Positions 16,818 through 26,218 of a stretch of DNA of 64,000 bases are shown in pieces (positions within the stretch are counted from its first letter, which is position 1; the number at the start of each line of letters is the position of its first letter). The position numbers and the translations under genes are program-made. The stretch lies in contig DASSSZ010000001.1 of the NCBI GenBank assembly GCA_035708165.1, forward strand, positions 230,884 to 294,883, given 5' to 3'. Origin of the DNA: Minisyncoccota bacterium (GTDB lineage Bacteria; Patescibacteriota; Minisyncoccia; Phycocordibacterales; UBA2100). The notes beneath the pieces are model-generated. The model was not told the DNA's origin. It saw nothing but the letters and a program-made list of their open reading frames with translations, and ran no database searches.

Positions 16818-19800
16818 ATGGCAGACATCCCGTTCACACACCTCCACACCCACAGCCACTACTCGCTCCTCCAGGCGCTGCCGCAGATCGGCCCTCTGGT
16901 GAAAGCGGCGAAGGCGGATGGCCAGACGGCGCTCGCTCTGACGGACGCCGGGGCGCTCTATGGCGCGATCGAGTTCTACCAGAAATGCCAGAAGGAGGAC
17001 ATCAAGCCGATCATCGGCGTGGACGCGTACATGGCGCCGCGCACGCGGCACGATAAGGAGCACCGCATCGACAACCGCACGTCGCGCCTCGTCCTGCTCG
17101 CCAAGGACCGCACCGGCTACCAGAACCTGATCCGCCTCGTGACGGCGTCCTACCTCGAAGGCTTCTACTACAACCCGCGCATGGATCGCGAGCTCCTCGA
17201 AGCCTCGCATGAGGGGCTGATCGCGCTCGTGCCCTCGTTCGCCGGCGAGACTGCCAAGGCGCTGAAGGACGGCGATACGGATCGCGCGCACGAGGCGCTC
17301 GCATGGTATCGCGATCTCTTCGGCGATGACTGCTACCAGGAGATCACCATGCACCCCGAGATCGAAGGGCACCAGGAGCTCCAGGAGCAGCTGATCGCGC
17401 TCGCCCGCGAGATGCGCGTCCCCATCGCCGCGGCGCACGATACCTATTACCTGAAGCCCGAGGATGCGCTCGCCCGCGAGCTCGTCATGAAGATCAGGAC
17501 CGGCGAGCGCCTCGACCGCGACGGGGGCATCCGGCAGGAGGACTTCTCGTTCATCACGCAGAAGCGCGCGAACGAGCTCTTCAAGGAGCTGCCGGAAGCG
17601 CTCGAGCATACGCAGCGAATCGCCGAGGCCTGCACCCTCGAACTCGGGCTCGGCAAATGGGTCTTTCCCGACTTCCCCATCCCCGCGGGCTCCTCATACG
17701 ATGCGGAGCTGCGCGCGAAGGCATACGACGGCCTCGAGAAGCTCGGCATCGAGCGGACGCCTGCAGTCCTCGAGCGCATCGAATACGAGCTCGGCGTCAT
17801 CGCGACAAAGGGCTACTCCGTGTACTTCCTTGTCGTCTCCGACCTCCTCACCCACGCGGCCGAGGACGGCATCCTCACCAACACCCGCGGCTCGGCGGCC
17901 GGATCGCTCGTCTCCTACCTCGCCGGCATCACGACCGTGAACCCGCTCGAGTACGGCCTCCCGTTCGAGCGCTTCCTCAATCCTGAGCGGCCGAGCCCGC
18001 CGGATATCGACATGGATATCGCCGATAACCGTCGCGACGACCTCATCGCGTACGCCCGGCAGAAGTACGGGACCGACCATGTCGCGCAGATCGGCACCTT
18101 CGGGACCATGCTCGCGCGCGCGGCCGTGCGCGATGTCGCCCGCGCGCTCGGCCACTCCTATTCCACCGGCGACATGATCGCCAAGATCATCCCGCCGCCG
18201 AAGCAGGGCTTCCCCGTCACGATCGCCTCGGCGCTGCGCGACGTCCCGGAGCTCAAGGAGATCTACGACTCTGATCCGGATGCGCGCGAGATCATGGATC
18301 TCGCGCAGAAGATCGAAGGTAATGCGCGCCATATGGGCATCCACGCGGCAGGCGTGGTCATCTCCCCCACCGTCGCGACCGATTTCGTCCCGCTGCAGTA
18401 CGATCCGAAGGGCGGCAAGATCATCACGCAGTACGAGATGCACGCGGTCGAGGACGCCGGGCTCCTCAAGTACGACTTCCTCGGCCTCACCAACCTCTCC
18501 GTCCTTGCTGACGCCATCGCGCGCGTGAAAGCGCGCCTCGGCGTGGACGTGAATATCCGCACGATCCCGATCGATGACGCGAAGACCTACGCCATGCTCT
18601 CCCGCGGCGAGACCCTAGGCGTCTTCCAGTTCGCCTCAAGCGGCATGACGAGCTACCTCGTCGAGCTGAAGCCCTCGGTGATCGACGATCTCAACGCCAT
18701 GGTCGCCCTCTATCGTCCCGGGCCGATGGCGTTCATCCCGGAATACATCGAGCGCAAGCGGAATCCCGCGCGCGTGACATACCTCGACCCGCGCATGGAA
18801 CCGATCCTCAAGCGCAGCTATGGGATCATCACCTACCAGGACGACGTCCTGATGATCGCGATCGAGCTCTCGGGCTACACCTGGCTCGAGGCGGATAAAT
18901 TCCGCAAGGCGATCGGCAAGAAGATCCCCGAGGAGATGGCCGCGCAGAAGGAGCGCTTCATCGCAGGATGCATCGAGCGCGGCATGGCGCCTGCGGTCGT
19001 GCAGGCGCTCTGGGACCAGATCGAGACCTTCGCCGCGTACGGCTTCAACAAGGCGCACGCCGCCTCCTACGGGAACCTCGCGTACAAGACCGCCTACATG
19101 AAGGCGAACTACACGGTGGACTACATGGCCGCCCTCCTCACGGGCGAAGGCGGCGACGTGGAGAAGATCGCGCTCGTGGTCGCGGAGTGCGAGCGGCTCG
19201 GCATCACGGTGCTGCCGCCGTCCATCAACGAGAGCCGCGGCGACTTCACCGTCTCGGACGAGACCACCATCCGCTTCGGGCTCTACTCGATCAAGAACTT
19301 CGGCCAAGGCATCAGCGACGCGATCATCGCGGAGCGCGACGCGAACGGCCCGTACGCTGATCTCGGCGACTTCCTCGCCCGCGTGCGCGACAAGAACCTC
19401 AACCGGAAGTCGCTCGAGGCCCTGATCCAGTGCGGGGCCCTCGATGCCTTCGCCGAGCGCGGGCGCATGCTCGCGGCGATCGAGCTTCTGCTCGCCTATC
19501 ACAAGGAGCATATGAGCCTGGATCAGTCGCAGGATTCGCTCTTCGGCGCGCTCCCGGCCGCCGCAGCGGGGATCCAGCTCCCGGATGCGCCCCCCATGCC
19601 CGCGCGCGAACGCCTCCGGCTCGAGAAGGAGCTCCTCGGGCTCTACGTCTCAGGCCATCCGCTCGATCCGTATATCGAGACCCTCAAGCGCCAGAAGTTC
19701 GATATCGCGGGGACGAAAGAGCGCATGCAGGAAGGCGTCACGACCGTGATCGGCGGGCTCCTCGAGAACGTCTCGACGATCCTCACCAAGAACGGCGAGA

Positions 19801-19982
19801 AGATGGCCTTCGGCACCTTGGCCGATCACTCAGGCGCGGTCGAGGTGGTCGCCTTCCCCCGGACGCTCGCGGAATACGCGCATCTCTTCCGCCCCGAGCA
19901 GCTCATCCTCATCAAAGGCAAGATGTCGTCCCGCAACGGCGACAAGAGCTTCGTCGCCGAAGCGATGAAGGAGCTCACCTAG
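16818..19982 (+). CDS. dnaE: DNA polymerase III alpha subunit (short form, ~1055 aa)
   Basis: Internal ATG giving MADIPFTHLHTHSHYSLLQALP (PHP domain), then the polymerase core and OB fold. Confidence 0.96.
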   Translation: MADIPFTHLHTHSHYSLLQALPQIGPLVKAAKADGQTALALTDAGALYGAIEFYQKCQKEDIKPIIGVDAYMAPRTRHDKEHRIDNRTSRLVLLAKDRTGYQNLIRLVTASYLEGFYYNPRMDRELLEASHEGLIALVPSFAGETAKALKDGDTDRAHEALAWYRDLFGDDCYQEITMHPEIEGHQELQEQLIALAREMRVPIAAAHDTYYLKPEDALARELVMKIRTGERLDRDGGIRQEDFSFITQKRANELFKELPEALEHTQRIAEACTLELGLGKWVFPDFPIPAGSSYDAELRAKAYDGLEKLGIERTPAVLERIEYELGVIATKGYSVYFLVVSDLLTHAAEDGILTNTRGSAAGSLVSYLAGITTVNPLEYGLPFERFLNPERPSPPDIDMDIADNRRDDLIAYARQKYGTDHVAQIGTFGTMLARAAVRDVARALGHSYSTGDMIAKIIPPPKQGFPVTIASALRDVPELKEIYDSDPDAREIMDLAQKIEGNARHMGIHAAGVVISPTVATDFVPLQYDPKGGKIITQYEMHAVEDAGLLKYDFLGLTNLSVLADAIARVKARLGVDVNIRTIPIDDAKTYAMLSRGETLGVFQFASSGMTSYLVELKPSVIDDLNAMVALYRPGPMAFIPEYIERKRNPARVTYLDPRMEPILKRSYGIITYQDDVLMIAIELSGYTWLEADKFRKAIGKKIPEEMAAQKERFIAGCIERGMAPAVVQALWDQIETFAAYGFNKAHAASYGNLAYKTAYMKANYTVDYMAALLTGEGGDVEKIALVVAECERLGITVLPPSINESRGDFTVSDETTIRFGLYSIKNFGQGISDAIIAERDANGPYADLGDFLARVRDKNLNRKSLEALIQCGALDAFAERGRMLAAIELLLAYHKEHMSLDQSQDSLFGALPAAAAGIQLPDAPPMPARERLRLEKELLGLYVSGHPLDPYIETLKRQKFDIAGTKERMQEGVTTVIGGLLENVSTILTKNGEKMAFGTLADHSGAVEVVAFPRTLAEYAHLFRPEQLILIKGKMSSRNGDKSFVAEAMKELT

Positions 19983-20086
19983 CGCTTGCCCCGCGCATCC
20001 GCGCGGGGCGCCGTCTATCCGCTTGCGCGGATGCACGGGGCAGCTTAGAGTGTCGGCGGCACCACGTTCTATCAACAGGAGAAATC

Positions 20087-20533
20087 ATGCTTTCAGAACG
20101 GCTTTCGAGCCGCTCGCCGCGTACCCCCGAACAGCTCCGGGGGACATTCATCTACGAACGGTTCGTGAGCGCCTCGCTGCTAGCGGCAGCAGGCACCCTC
20201 GAGCACGGGCGGCGCGAGCCGGATCTCGGCGTGCAGGAGCGCAAGCACGTCCAGCGCGCGATCGGGATCCTGGAGAAATCCGGATTCGCGACCCGCGCTG
20301 CATTCCTGCGCGATGCACCCGGGCAGGCGTACATCATCGAATTCATGGTGGCGTTCTTCTCGGCCGCATCGCCTGAGGAGGCCGCCGCCGCGTGCGTCGA
20401 GGCGTATGCGAACATCCTCGCCGTCTGCTATCGCGGCACGGGGAACCGCGCCGGCGCAGCGGACTTCCTCCGCGCGCTCCACCAAGTCGCCCAATCGCTC
20501 CAGCCGGCGACGGTGCAGATCCGCCGCAGATGA
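20087..20533 (+). CDS. hypothetical protein (149 aa)
   Basis: AGGAGA RBS 9 nt upstream of ATG, followed by an intrinsic terminator. No homology recognised. Confidence 0.5.
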   Translation: MLSERLSSRSPRTPEQLRGTFIYERFVSASLLAAAGTLEHGRREPDLGVQERKHVQRAIGILEKSGFATRAAFLRDAPGQAYIIEFMVAFFSAASPEEAAAACVEAYANILAVCYRGTGNRAGAADFLRALHQVAQSLQPATVQIRRR

Positions 20534-20543
20534 TCACTCCGAA

Positions 20544-20570
20544 GCCCCGCGCACGCGCGGGGCTTTTTCA
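20544..20570 (+). terminator. intrinsic terminator GCCCCGCGC-acgc-GCGCGGGGC-TTTTT
   Basis: Perfect 9-bp GC stem plus a U-run directly after the 20087..20533 CDS. Confidence 0.6.
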
Positions 20571-20589
20571 TGCGCCGTTGCCCCTTTTG

Positions 20590-20800
20590 CGCTCGCCGCA
20601 CGATAGCGCTACTATGACCCTACGGAGATTGCTTCGGAGTACCGCCCGAGGATGCGCGAGAGCGCATGCGCCGTGAGGCGCCTAATCCGCCCAATGAGAG
20701 CCTAGGGACCCTAGGAAGCTCGGTGGAACCGCGATTCGCTGAATCGTCCGAGCAAGGATGCGAGCCGCCCCTCGCATCCTTGCTCGGGCGATTTTTTAAT
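20590..20800 (+). promoter_or_regulatory. T-box riboswitch leader (Thr specificity inferred) controlling thrS
   Basis: T-box consensus AGCTCGGTGGAACCGCGA (GGUGGNACCGCG) at about 20718-20735. Mutually exclusive terminator GAGCAAGGATGCGAG-ccgcccc-CTCGCATCCTTGCTC-GGGCGATTTTTT at about 20750-20797. Stem I contains ACC in GAGTACCGCC. The UGGA bulge matches the UCCA 3' end of the tRNA-Thr in this window. Confidence 0.75.
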
Positions 20801-20814
20801 AAGGATCACTCAGC

Positions 20815-22644
20815 ATGAGGCACGATCCATTGAGGCCCCTCCTCGCGCACGCGAAGAGGCGCCGAGACGGAAGCGCCGATCGATCCCCATCACTACCAGC
20901 CGCTATCATGAATCTCGAACACAATCGTCACACCCTCGCCCACCTGCTTGCGCAAGCGGTGCTCGAACGCTACCCCGACGCGAAGCTCACCTTGGGCCCG
21001 GCGGTCGACAATGGCTTCTACTACGATATCGATTTCGGCGAGACGAAGCTCTCCGATGCCGACCTCCCCGCGCTCGAGGCGCTCATGAAGGAGCATCTGC
21101 CCGCTTGGACCGCGTTCACGCATGAGGAAGTCTCGCCCGAGGAGGCGCGGGAGCGCTTCGCGGGGAACCCGTACAAGCTCGAGCTCATCGATGAGATCGC
21201 TGCGCGAGGCGAACCGATCACGCTCTATGCCGCGGGCGGCTTCACGGACCTGTGCCGCGGCGGGCACGCCGAGCACCCGGCGCACGAGATTCCGGCGGAT
21301 TCCTTCGCGCTTGACCGCGTCGCCGGCGCCTACTGGCGCGGCGATGAGCGCAATACGATGCTCACCCGCATCTACGGGCTCGCCTTCGGCGACGGCGCGG
21401 CGCTTGCGGCCTTCCGCGCCGCGCGCGAGGAAGCCCGCGCACGCGACCACCGCAAGATCGGGCAGGAGCTCGACCTCTTCACCTTCTCCGAGCTCGTCGG
21501 CCCCGGGCTGCCGCTCTGGACGCCGCGCGGCACCCTCCTGCGCTCGCAGCTCGACGCATTCGTCTGGGAGCTGCGCTCCCGGCACGGCTACCAGCGCGTG
21601 ACCATCCCGCATATCACGAAGCGCGCGCTGTATGAGACGTCAGGCCATTGGCAGAAATTCGCCGATGAGCTCTTCCATGTGGCCACGCGCGAGGGCAAGG
21701 AGTACGCCCTGAAGCCGATGAACTGCCCGCACCACACGCAGATCTTCGCCCGCAAGCCGCACAGCTACCGCGAGATGCCGCAGCGCTACGCCGAGACCAC
21801 CATGGTGTACCGCGATGAGCAGTCGGGCGAGCTCGGCGGCCTCACGCGCGTGCTCTCGATCACGCAGGACGACAGCCACGTCTTCTGCCGCCACTCGCAG
21901 GTGAAGGAGGAGTTCTTCGCCATCTGGGACATCATCGATACCTTCTACAAGACGTTCGGCTTCTCGCTGCGCGTACGCCTCTCCTTCCATGACCCGGCCG
22001 AGATGGAGAAATACCTCGGCACGCCTGAGATCTGGGAGAACGCCGAGAACGCGCTGCGCGAGATCGCCAAGGAGCGCCATGCCGATTACTTCGAGGCGCC
22101 TGGGGAAGCGGCGATGTACGGCCCGAAGCTCGACTTCATGGCGACCGATTCGATGGGCCGGCAGCACCAGGTCGCGACGATCCAGCTCGACATGAACCTG
22201 CCCGAGCGCTTCGACCTCTCCTGCACCAACGAGGAAGGCCAGAAGGAGCGGATCGTGATGATCCACTGCGCCGTGATGGGCTCGATCGAGCGTTTCAGCG
22301 CCGTCCTTCTCGAACACACGGCCGGCGCGCTGCCGAGCTGGCTCGCGCCGACGCAGGCGATCATCCTGCCGATCGCGGACGCGCACGCCGAGTACGCGCA
22401 CCAGGTCGCCGATGGCCTCCTCGAGGCCGGCATCCGCGCGATGATCGACGCCAGCTCAGAATCGCTCGGCAAGCGCATCCGCACGGCGAAGACGGGCAAG
22501 GTGCCCTACGTGCTCGTCGTGGGCAGCCAGGAAGCGGAGCACGGCACCGTTTCCGTGGAGAGCCGCGAGAAGGGAAAGCTCGACGGCATGAGCCAGGAGC
22601 AATTCCGCGAGATGCTCCTGACCGAGATCCGCGAGCGGGCCTAG
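20815..22644 (+). CDS. thrS: threonyl-tRNA synthetase (N2 editing, catalytic and anticodon-binding domains; no TGS/N1 domain)
   Basis: HRHTLAHLLAQAV..GPAVDNGFYYDIDF (N2), DHRKIGQELDLF, class II motifs, and a C-terminal anticodon-binding domain. AAGGA RBS 8 nt upstream. Confidence 0.95.
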   Translation: MRHDPLRPLLAHAKRRRDGSADRSPSLPAAIMNLEHNRHTLAHLLAQAVLERYPDAKLTLGPAVDNGFYYDIDFGETKLSDADLPALEALMKEHLPAWTAFTHEEVSPEEARERFAGNPYKLELIDEIAARGEPITLYAAGGFTDLCRGGHAEHPAHEIPADSFALDRVAGAYWRGDERNTMLTRIYGLAFGDGAALAAFRAAREEARARDHRKIGQELDLFTFSELVGPGLPLWTPRGTLLRSQLDAFVWELRSRHGYQRVTIPHITKRALYETSGHWQKFADELFHVATREGKEYALKPMNCPHHTQIFARKPHSYREMPQRYAETTMVYRDEQSGELGGLTRVLSITQDDSHVFCRHSQVKEEFFAIWDIIDTFYKTFGFSLRVRLSFHDPAEMEKYLGTPEIWENAENALREIAKERHADYFEAPGEAAMYGPKLDFMATDSMGRQHQVATIQLDMNLPERFDLSCTNEEGQKERIVMIHCAVMGSIERFSAVLLEHTAGALPSWLAPTQAIILPIADAHAEYAHQVADGLLEAGIRAMIDASSESLGKRIRTAKTGKVPYVLVVGSQEAEHGTVSVESREKGKLDGMSQEQFREMLLTEIRERA

Positions 22645-22674
22645 GCGCGCCGCCGCGCGGCAGCGATGCAAAAG

Positions 22675-22702
22675 AACCGCCCCGGCATATGCCGGGGCGG
22701 TT
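22675..22702. terminator. bidirectional hairpin AACCGCCCCGGCATATGCCGGGGCGGTT between convergent thrS and the surface-protein gene
   Basis: Perfect palindrome flanked by A-run/T-run. Confidence 0.6.
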
Positions 22703-22746
22703 CTCCCTTTGGAGTCTCTCAGGCAGCTGCCTGAGCGCACCCGTCC

Positions 22747-24711
22747 TTAGTTCTGGCCAGGCAGGCCGGTGCCGGGGCGCTTCGAGCGCGTGATCACGAG
22801 GCGCGGCATGCCGCTGCTCGTATCTAGCGTCATCGCGTCGCCGTTGCCGCCCTCCTCGCCATCCGATTCGTCGTCAATGACTGCCTCGACGCTCTCGGGG
22901 AGCTCAGCCTCGCCATCCTCGTCCGTCTCGTCCTCGGAGGCGACGATGTGATTGCTGCGAGCGCCGAGCGCCGAGAGGGCGAAGTTCACTGCGCCGCCGC
23001 GGTACATCGTGAGGAAGTACGCAGCCGCAAGCGCACCGCCCGCGAGCACGAACCAGTAGATCGTGTCGCCGACAGGCCCGAAGTCGAAGCCGGTGTACGG
23101 GACCTGGGTGAGCGAGACGTACGTGCCGTTCACATAGGTGTCCGTAGAGCAGGTCTGCGTGTGGCCGTAGCCGTCAGAGACCGTGAGCACGTAGTGCGTG
23201 GTGCCCGACGGGTGCACGATGAGCGAGCCGTTAGTCGCTACCGAGCCGATGCCGTCAGAGAGCCATGCGCTGGTCGCGCCCGTCGAGGTCCACGAGAGAT
23301 AGCTCGCGCCGCCGCTCGTCACGTAGTTCTGGCTCGACGTGATCGAACAATAGAGATTGCTGGTCGGCGGGTAGTAATTGTTCTGCTGCACGTTCGCGTA
23401 GCCGGTGCAGGTCGCACTCTGGCCGTTGTAGCCGTAGACCGTCATCGTGTACGTGCGGCTCGTGCCCGGGTAGATGGTGCGGGAACCGCTGCCGACGTTC
23501 ACGCTGCCGAGCCCCTGGTCGATATACGCGGAGCTCGCGTTGGTCGTCGTCCAGGTGATGGTGGCGCTGTTGCCATTGTAGATCGGGTTCGGGTTGACCG
23601 AGAGCGAACAGTACGGCTGCTGGTACTGCTGCTGATTGACGGAGACCGTCGTCTGGCAGGTGTTCGTCTGGCCGTTGTAGCCGTAGACCGTGAGGGTGTA
23701 CGTCTTCGAGCCGGTCAGATTGCTGAACGAGTAGCTGCCGTTCGTCGAGACCGTGCCCGCGTCGGTGAGCGAAGCCGAGAGGGCATTCGCCGACGTCCAG
23801 TGCAGGGTCGAGCTGCCGCCGTAGCTGATCGAAGTCTGGTCAGCGTAGAGCGAGCAGGTCGGCTGCTGATACTGCTGCTGGTTGACATAGATCGTGGTCT
23901 GGCAGGAATTGCTGCCGCCGTTGCCGTAGACCGTAAGGGTGTACGTGCGGGTGCCGGTGAGATTGTTGAGCGTGTAGGAGCCGTTCGTCGAGACGTTCCC
24001 GGCATCCGTGAGGGTGGCAGAGGTCGCGTAGTTGCTATTCCAGGTCAGGGTCGCGGAGCCGCCATAGGTCGCGGAGTTCGGGTTCGCGCTGATCGAACAG
24101 GTCGGCTGGTACGTGACCGGGTTGCCGTTCTGCACCGTATGCTGCGGCGGCGTGTACGTGTACGTATACGTCGGAGTGGTCGTGTACGCGTAGGTCGGGG
24201 TCGTCGTGTACGTGTACGTCGGGGTGGTCGTGTACGTGTAGGACGGCGTCTCGTAGTCGGAGTACGTGTACGAAGGGGTCTCGTAGTCGCTCGTCGTGTT
24301 GTCCGTATACGTGTACGACGGAGTCGTGTAGTCCGTGTACGAGTAGGACGGCGTCGAGTAATCAGTCGTGTCGTAGCTCGGCGTCGTGTAGTCCGTATAC
24401 GAGTAGGACGGCGTGGTGTAGTCCGTGTACGAATAGGACGGCGTCGAGTAATCAGTCGTGTCGTAGCTCGGCGTCGTGTAATCGCTGTAGGAGTACGAAG
24501 GCGTCGTGTAATCGCTGTACGAATAGGACGGCGTCGTGTACGACGTGTCGTAATACGACGGCGTCGAGTAGTCGGTGCAGCACGAGACCGGATCGCTGTA
24601 CGTCACGGCCTCCGTGCTCGCCGGCATGATCACCGCGACAGCCGAGAAGCTGAGGAACGAGGCAAGGATCGCCACGAGAGCGACGCGAGCCTGATTGGTA
24701 ATGGTATTCAT
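22747..24711 (-). CDS. cell-surface protein: signal peptide, Tyr/Ser/Thr-rich tandem repeats, four ~95-aa Cys-pair Ig-like repeats, C-terminal TM anchor and acidic tail
   Basis: MNTITNQARVALVAILASFLSFSAVAV signal. (YSYSDYTTPS)n repeats. Four repeats each with C..TLTVYG..C. TM segment IYWFVLAGGALAAAYFLTMY, then a D/E-rich tail. Confidence 0.75.
   Translation of the reverse strand: MNTITNQARVALVAILASFLSFSAVAVIMPASTEAVTYSDPVSCCTDYSTPSYYDTSYTTPSYSYSDYTTPSYSYSDYTTPSYDTTDYSTPSYSYTDYTTPSYSYTDYTTPSYDTTDYSTPSYSYTDYTTPSYTYTDNTTSDYETPSYTYSDYETPSYTYTTTPTYTYTTTPTYAYTTTPTYTYTYTPPQHTVQNGNPVTYQPTCSISANPNSATYGGSATLTWNSNYATSATLTDAGNVSTNGSYTLNNLTGTRTYTLTVYGNGGSNSCQTTIYVNQQQYQQPTCSLYADQTSISYGGSSTLHWTSANALSASLTDAGTVSTNGSYSFSNLTGSKTYTLTVYGYNGQTNTCQTTVSVNQQQYQQPYCSLSVNPNPIYNGNSATITWTTTNASSAYIDQGLGSVNVGSGSRTIYPGTSRTYTMTVYGYNGQSATCTGYANVQQNNYYPPTSNLYCSITSSQNYVTSGGASYLSWTSTGATSAWLSDGIGSVATNGSLIVHPSGTTHYVLTVSDGYGHTQTCSTDTYVNGTYVSLTQVPYTGFDFGPVGDTIYWFVLAGGALAAAYFLTMYRGGAVNFALSALGARSNHIVASEDETDEDGEAELPESVEAVIDDESDGEEGGNGDAMTLDTSSGMPRLVITRSKRPGTGLPGQN
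24110..24580 (-). repeat. in-frame coding tandem repeats (about 30-nt units encoding Y-S-Y-S/T-D-Y-T-T-P-S)
   Basis: Visible DNA-level periodicity GTACGAGTAGGACGGCGTCGTGTAGTC.. inside the surface-protein gene. Confidence 0.6.
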
Positions 24712-24758
24712 ATATTCCTACGGATACGGTTAACCCGAAAAACCCTTATAACAAGCAA

Positions 24759-24786
24759 ATTTTACCACATACATGACATTTGTCAA
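24759..24786 (-). promoter_or_regulatory. sigma70-like promoter TTGACA-16nt-TAAAAT for the surface-protein gene
   Basis: Minus-strand TTGACAaatgtcatgtatgtggTAAAAT, about 50 nt upstream of the ATG at 24711. Confidence 0.5.
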
Positions 24787-24787
24787 G

Positions 24788-24823
24788 TATGAAGAAGCCA
24801 CGGGAAACATACGTTCCCCGTGG
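24788..24823 (-). terminator. hairpin CCACGGGGAACGTATGTTTCCCGTGG plus T-rich tract after the 163-aa gene
   Basis: Palindrome directly downstream of the 24834 stop. Confidence 0.45.
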
Positions 24824-24833
24824 CGGTATACCA

Positions 24834-25325
24834 TCAATCGGGCACCTTTTTCAATGCAAGGCGGCGATCGCACGCAGCCCCGTCCATGAGGCAGACGGTC
24901 GTGCGCAGCGTTTGCGGCGCATCCCCTGCCTCATAGTACCCGCGCAGCTCGGCGCCTTCGATGCGATGGCTGGTCCAGTGATGATTGCACAGGATGATCC
25001 AGCCGCCGTCCGCGAGGACATCGGCCACGTAGTGGCTGCCGATGCAGTACGAATCCGACGTGCCCTTCACCTTGTGGTGATCGGGATTGCCCTCATCGAG
25101 AAGCTTCCCCGTCCCGCTATAGACGAACAGAGGCGTTGCCTCCCGGGCGTCCTGCTCGATATAGAAGCAGGTGCGCGGATGCGGATACGGGATCTTCCCC
25201 TTCGGGGTTGCCGCATGCATGGCGATGCAGCGGTCGGATACGCACGGCTGGTCAGCACGAGCCGTCACCGGAGCGACCGTCAGCATGCTGACGAGCGCCG
25301 TGATTGAAAGGAACAAAGCGCGCAT
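24834..25325 (-). CDS. secreted Cys-rich hypothetical protein (163 aa)
   Basis: Signal peptide MRALFLSITALVSMLTVAPVTARA; 8 Cys; no homology recognised. Confidence 0.55.
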   Translation of the reverse strand: MRALFLSITALVSMLTVAPVTARADQPCVSDRCIAMHAATPKGKIPYPHPRTCFYIEQDAREATPLFVYSGTGKLLDEGNPDHHKVKGTSDSYCIGSHYVADVLADGGWIILCNHHWTSHRIEGAELRGYYEAGDAPQTLRTTVCLMDGAACDRRLALKKVPD

Positions 25326-25453
25326 CAGGTCTCTCCTTGGTTGCGCGGCCTCTCACGAAGGCCATGACATGCATCCCGCAGGATGCACGATAGGCATTCA
25401 CGAAAGAGAAAGAGCTGGAGGCGGGAACGGTCCCGCCTCCCTCAGCGGCCTGC

Positions 25454-26050
25454 TCACTGCTCGGCAAGGTGGAAGTGCCACTTGCAGTCGGTACCATCCC
25501 AACGCACGTCGTAGGCGCCCGGCGGGACGAACTGGTGCAGGCGGTGCTTGTCGCACACGAGCCGCGTCTTCTGCTTGCACAGCGCGACGCCGTTCAGGGT
25601 GACGAGCGTGCCCGTATCGCAGTGCGGCGTGCCGAGAGCGCTATCGCCGGCCTGCATGTCGGGAACCGCCGCACCGTCATCCGGCATCGTGCCGGATACG
25701 CTGGACTGGTCCGTAGCGTTCGCCGACGTATCGGCGGTGACGCCGGGGATCTGCTCTACCGTGCCGGCGGCGCACATCTCCTTGCCATCATGCAGGACGA
25801 GGACCTGCTGGCCGGTGCAGTGCGCACCGGTCGCGCTCTGGAGCACCTCGCACTGCACGCGACCGTCGATCATGATCGGGGTCGTGCTGTCCGCTGGGCA
25901 GTTGGCGGCTGCTGCCGCGCCAGATGACGCGCTGCTCATGGCAGACGGCGTCATTTGGTCGCTGGTGCTTTCGCCCTGCGCGAACGAGTACCCCACGGCC
26001 GCTATGGTGGCGGCGACCGCAGCGGCGAGAATCGCATTCGCAAGTTTCAT
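25454..26050 (-). CDS. secreted Cys-rich hypothetical protein (198 aa) with an internal duplicated HC.G..V.L.G...C motif
   Basis: Signal peptide MKLANAILAAAVAATIAAVGYSFA. Repeats HCTGQQVLVLHDGKEMC and HCDTGTLVTLNGVALC. Confidence 0.55.
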   Translation of the reverse strand: MKLANAILAAAVAATIAAVGYSFAQGESTSDQMTPSAMSSASSGAAAAANCPADSTTPIMIDGRVQCEVLQSATGAHCTGQQVLVLHDGKEMCAAGTVEQIPGVTADTSANATDQSSVSGTMPDDGAAVPDMQAGDSALGTPHCDTGTLVTLNGVALCKQKTRLVCDKHRLHQFVPPGAYDVRWDGTDCKWHFHLAEQ

Positions 26051-26182
26051 TCCGAAACCCTCCGATAAGCGACCATACGCGGTCGCGAGTTGAAGAACAA
26101 TGGTTCATCATCCGGGCTTTCGCGCGGATGCATAAAGGCACGGCGAGCGCGCCTTCCTGCATTCGAACGAACAGAACATGAG

Positions 26183-26212
26183 TCGGTGCGTGCGGGGCGA
26201 GCCCCGCACGCA
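26183..26212 (-). terminator. perfect 12-bp GC hairpin GTGCGTGCGGGG-cga-GCCCCGCACGCAC
   Basis: Immediately downstream of the 26219 stop. Confidence 0.45.
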
Positions 26213-26218
26213 CGAGAG

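Noticed and set aside
16410-17609. 399-aa minus-strand ORF
   Set aside because: All but the last ~112 codons overlap dnaE antisense; only the 16410..16747 tail is retained as a low-confidence hypothetical.
19430-20533. 367-aa plus-strand ORF spanning the end of dnaE
   Set aside because: Its 5' two-thirds is an out-of-frame overlap with dnaE. Only the 20087..20533 portion with its own RBS and terminator is plausible.
22948-24792. 614-aa Arg-rich plus-strand ORF
   Set aside because: Antisense of the repeat-rich surface-protein gene; the poly-Arg/Val product is an artefact of the Tyr/Thr/Ser codon repeats on the other strand.
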